This document shows, one piece after another, positions 24,664 to 26,097 of a stretch of DNA of 26,097 bases (position 1 is the stretch's first letter; each line of letters starts with the position of its first letter). The notes under the pieces are model-generated. The model was not told the origin of the DNA. It saw only the letters and a program-made list of their open reading frames with translations, and did no database searches. The position numbers and the translations under genes were made by a program. The stretch is from the sequence record NC_074634.1; one strand, 5' to 3'.

Positions 24664-25188
24664 TCAATAATGTGTGTAATAAATAAGTGCATCAAGAGCA
24701 ATAATGTCCTTACCGTCTAAAATGTCCTTCAACATTTTCTGCAACCCCTGCGGTATGCTAAACTCAACATGTTCCCCGTTCCTCAAATACTGGATTTTAG
24801 CAATCCCATTGTTATATGTTACCTCAACATTTTCAATCTGGATATAATCGATAACTTCTCCGCCAGGTATGTCAGTGTATTCTGGAACAGCACAAATTGC
24901 AATGTTATCGTTCCTTGTTTTTAAGAGAGCTATTTTCCCAACGATTGCAATTCTACCAAGTTTACTCACTGCAACAGAATAGTAGAAACCCCCTAGCTTA
25001 TATAGTACATATGACGGCACCATTGTATCTTCAAAGCCTGGCACCAAAAACTTTATGTAAACCAATTTTTTGAACTGAACTTGTTGCTCTTCTACTTGAG
25101 TTTGAATTTGACCTTGGCTTAACTCTTGATTTTCCATTTGGTTTGACTCTTGAGTTTTAACTTGATTTATCTCTTCTTCTTCGCTCAT
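24664..25188 (-). CDS. Hypothetical protein (174 aa) with a Q/E-rich disordered N-terminus
   Basis: RBS GGTGA and an upstream AGAAAGATTTAAATA BRE/TATA. Confidence 0.8.
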   Translation of the reverse strand: MSEEEEINQVKTQESNQMENQELSQGQIQTQVEEQQVQFKKLVYIKFLVPGFEDTMVPSYVLYKLGGFYYSVAVSKLGRIAIVGKIALLKTRNDNIAICAVPEYTDIPGGEVIDYIQIENVEVTYNNGIAKIQYLRNGEHVEFSIPQGLQKMLKDILDGKDIIALDALIYYTHY

Positions 25189-25268
25189 CCTTTTTCACCA
25201 ATATATACTTCTCAATACAAATATTTAAATCTTTCTATCATGAAATCACTTAGATTTACGTTTCCATT

Positions 25269-25292
25269 ATTCATATTATCCATATTATGTTT
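25269..25292. promoter_or_regulatory. Degenerate palindrome copy F
   Basis: ATTCATA-TTATCCATAT-TATGTTT, 81 nt upstream of ORF174. Confidence 0.45.
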
Positions 25293-25330
25293 ATGTATTG
25301 CAAATTGAAAATTTGGAATTGTTAGGATAA

Positions 25331-25582
25331 TTAATCGCCCCAAATTAACAAACCTAAAATTGATGCAGGATATTTTTCCAATTCAGCAAACGACTGCGCA
25401 TATAAAAAATTACTAAGCGTTGCATATTTTGAATATGCATAGATATCTTGATTAAAAATATCAATCCTTATTAAATTTTCTGTTTCTGGATATATTTCTG
25501 CATATTGGTCAATTTCGTTTTTATCATTATATTTATAGATCTTTATCTTACAGTTTCCAATTTCTTTCTCATACCTTGCCAT
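25331..25582 (-). CDS. Hypothetical protein (83 aa)
   Basis: RBS GGGGGTGA and its own promoter at 25611-25631. Confidence 0.8.
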   Translation of the reverse strand: MARYEKEIGNCKIKIYKYNDKNEIDQYAEIYPETENLIRIDIFNQDIYAYSKYATLSNFLYAQSFAELEKYPASILGLLIWGD

Positions 25583-25610
25583 CCTATATCACCCCCGCTA
25601 AAACCGTACA

Positions 25611-25631
25611 ATGACTACATTTTTATATCTT
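25611..25631 (-). promoter_or_regulatory. Conserved TATA-GTC promoter
   Basis: AAGATATAAAAATGTAGTCAT matches the acrIII-1 promoter at 19/21 nt. Confidence 0.75.
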
Positions 25632-25657
25632 CCTAAAACTAGGAAATGCAAAAACAT

Positions 25658-25695
25658 TAGAAATATTATTATAAAAGTGAGAAAAATTAGGCATA
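25658..25695 (-). repeat. Cassette-boundary repeat R4
   Basis: - strand TATGCCTAATTTTTCTCACTTTTATAATAATATTTCTA matches R2 at 36/38 nt. Confidence 0.85.
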
Positions 25696-25786
25696 GAATT
25701 AGCTAAAGAATAAGGTTAAAAAATAAAAATAAAAATAGAAACGCAAAAAATTAGAAGGAATAGAAAATAAAAACAGGAAAAAATGA

Positions 25787-26077
25787 TTAAATTAAACTTT
25801 GATAAATTTCTTTTGCAACTTCTTCTCCTTCATGCGTCAATTGGGCATAATGCCTAAATCTCTTTGTTGAAGAACAAAATATAGGAAAAATTTTTACCAA
25901 ACCGGCTCGCTCTAAACGCAATAGACATCTTAAATCCCAGAAAACACGATATAATTCATTTAGCCAAACTGCATCTTCTCCATACCTTAGTTTAGAATCA
26001 AGAAGATATAGTAGGATTAATTTCTCACAATATGTTAATTTTGGTTTAATTTGTGTTTCCATTCCACCTTCCACCAT
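25787..26077 (-). CDS. Winged helix-turn-helix (MarR-like) DNA-binding protein
   Basis: LTYCEKLILLYL, LLRLERAGLV and YAQLTHEGEEVAKEI follow the wHTH pattern. Start may be 26062. Confidence 0.75.
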   Translation of the reverse strand: MVEGGMETQIKPKLTYCEKLILLYLLDSKLRYGEDAVWLNELYRVFWDLRCLLRLERAGLVKIFPIFCSSTKRFRHYAQLTHEGEEVAKEIYQSLI

Positions 26078-26097
26078 TTTATACTTTAAACTTTAAG

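Larger units (their letters stand above)
1..26097. mobile_element. Rudivirus genome (linear dsDNA, Sulfolobales host), near-complete; termini probably missing
   Basis: Contains SIRV-type MCP, PVAP, HUH Rep, SSB-ATPase-Cas4 genes, Hjc and glycosyltransferases. Terminal genes are transcribed inward (mostly + on the left, - on the right). No host housekeeping genes and no integrase. Confidence 0.97.

Noticed and set aside
458-25695. The dispersed repeats read as a CRISPR or mini-CRISPR array
   Set aside because: Copies are kilobases apart and separated by whole genes, not by 30-45 nt spacers.
1-26097. tRNA/rRNA genes, integrase, DNA polymerase, dUTPase or ThyX
   Set aside because: No such motifs were recognised by eye. 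dUTPase and ThyX occur in some rudiviruses but were not seen here.

Overview
This is a near-complete genome of a rod-shaped archaeal virus (Rudiviridae, Ligamenvirales) infecting Sulfolobales. It is very AT-rich and gene-dense. The diagnostic genes are a 134-aa SIRV-type major capsid protein, a P98/PVAP pyramid egress protein, an HUH Rep, an SSB / AAA+ ATPase / Cas4-like nuclease set (SIRV2 gp17-19-like), an Hjc resolvase, three glycosyltransferases, a SAM methyltransferase, a large terminal-fibre protein and an AcrIII-1 ring nuclease. From memory only (check by BLAST), the 26,097-bp length matches Saccharolobus solfataricus rod-shaped virus 1 (SSRV1), so some of this may already be published. 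No terminal inverted repeats or hairpins are visible, so the true ends are probably missing. The points most worth following up are: (1) five copies of a 38-57 bp intergenic repeat that divide both terminal accessory regions into gene cassettes; (2) a JAMM/JAB-motif protein directly upstream of acrIII-1; (3) a host-derived TFB with a conserved N-terminal ribbon and a rewritten BRE-binding helix; (4) an APC permease coupled to a TGT/DUF6610-like TIM-barrel gene, plus a Mom-like GNAT elsewhere; (5) up to four capsid-fold paralogues; (6) a 24-bp palindrome upstream of seven transcription units, two copies of which form a 34-bp inverted repeat around the PVAP and adhesin genes; (7) a shared N-terminal WN module on three fibre-like proteins with different C-terminal domains. 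All family assignments come from motif recognition by eye; no database search was run.
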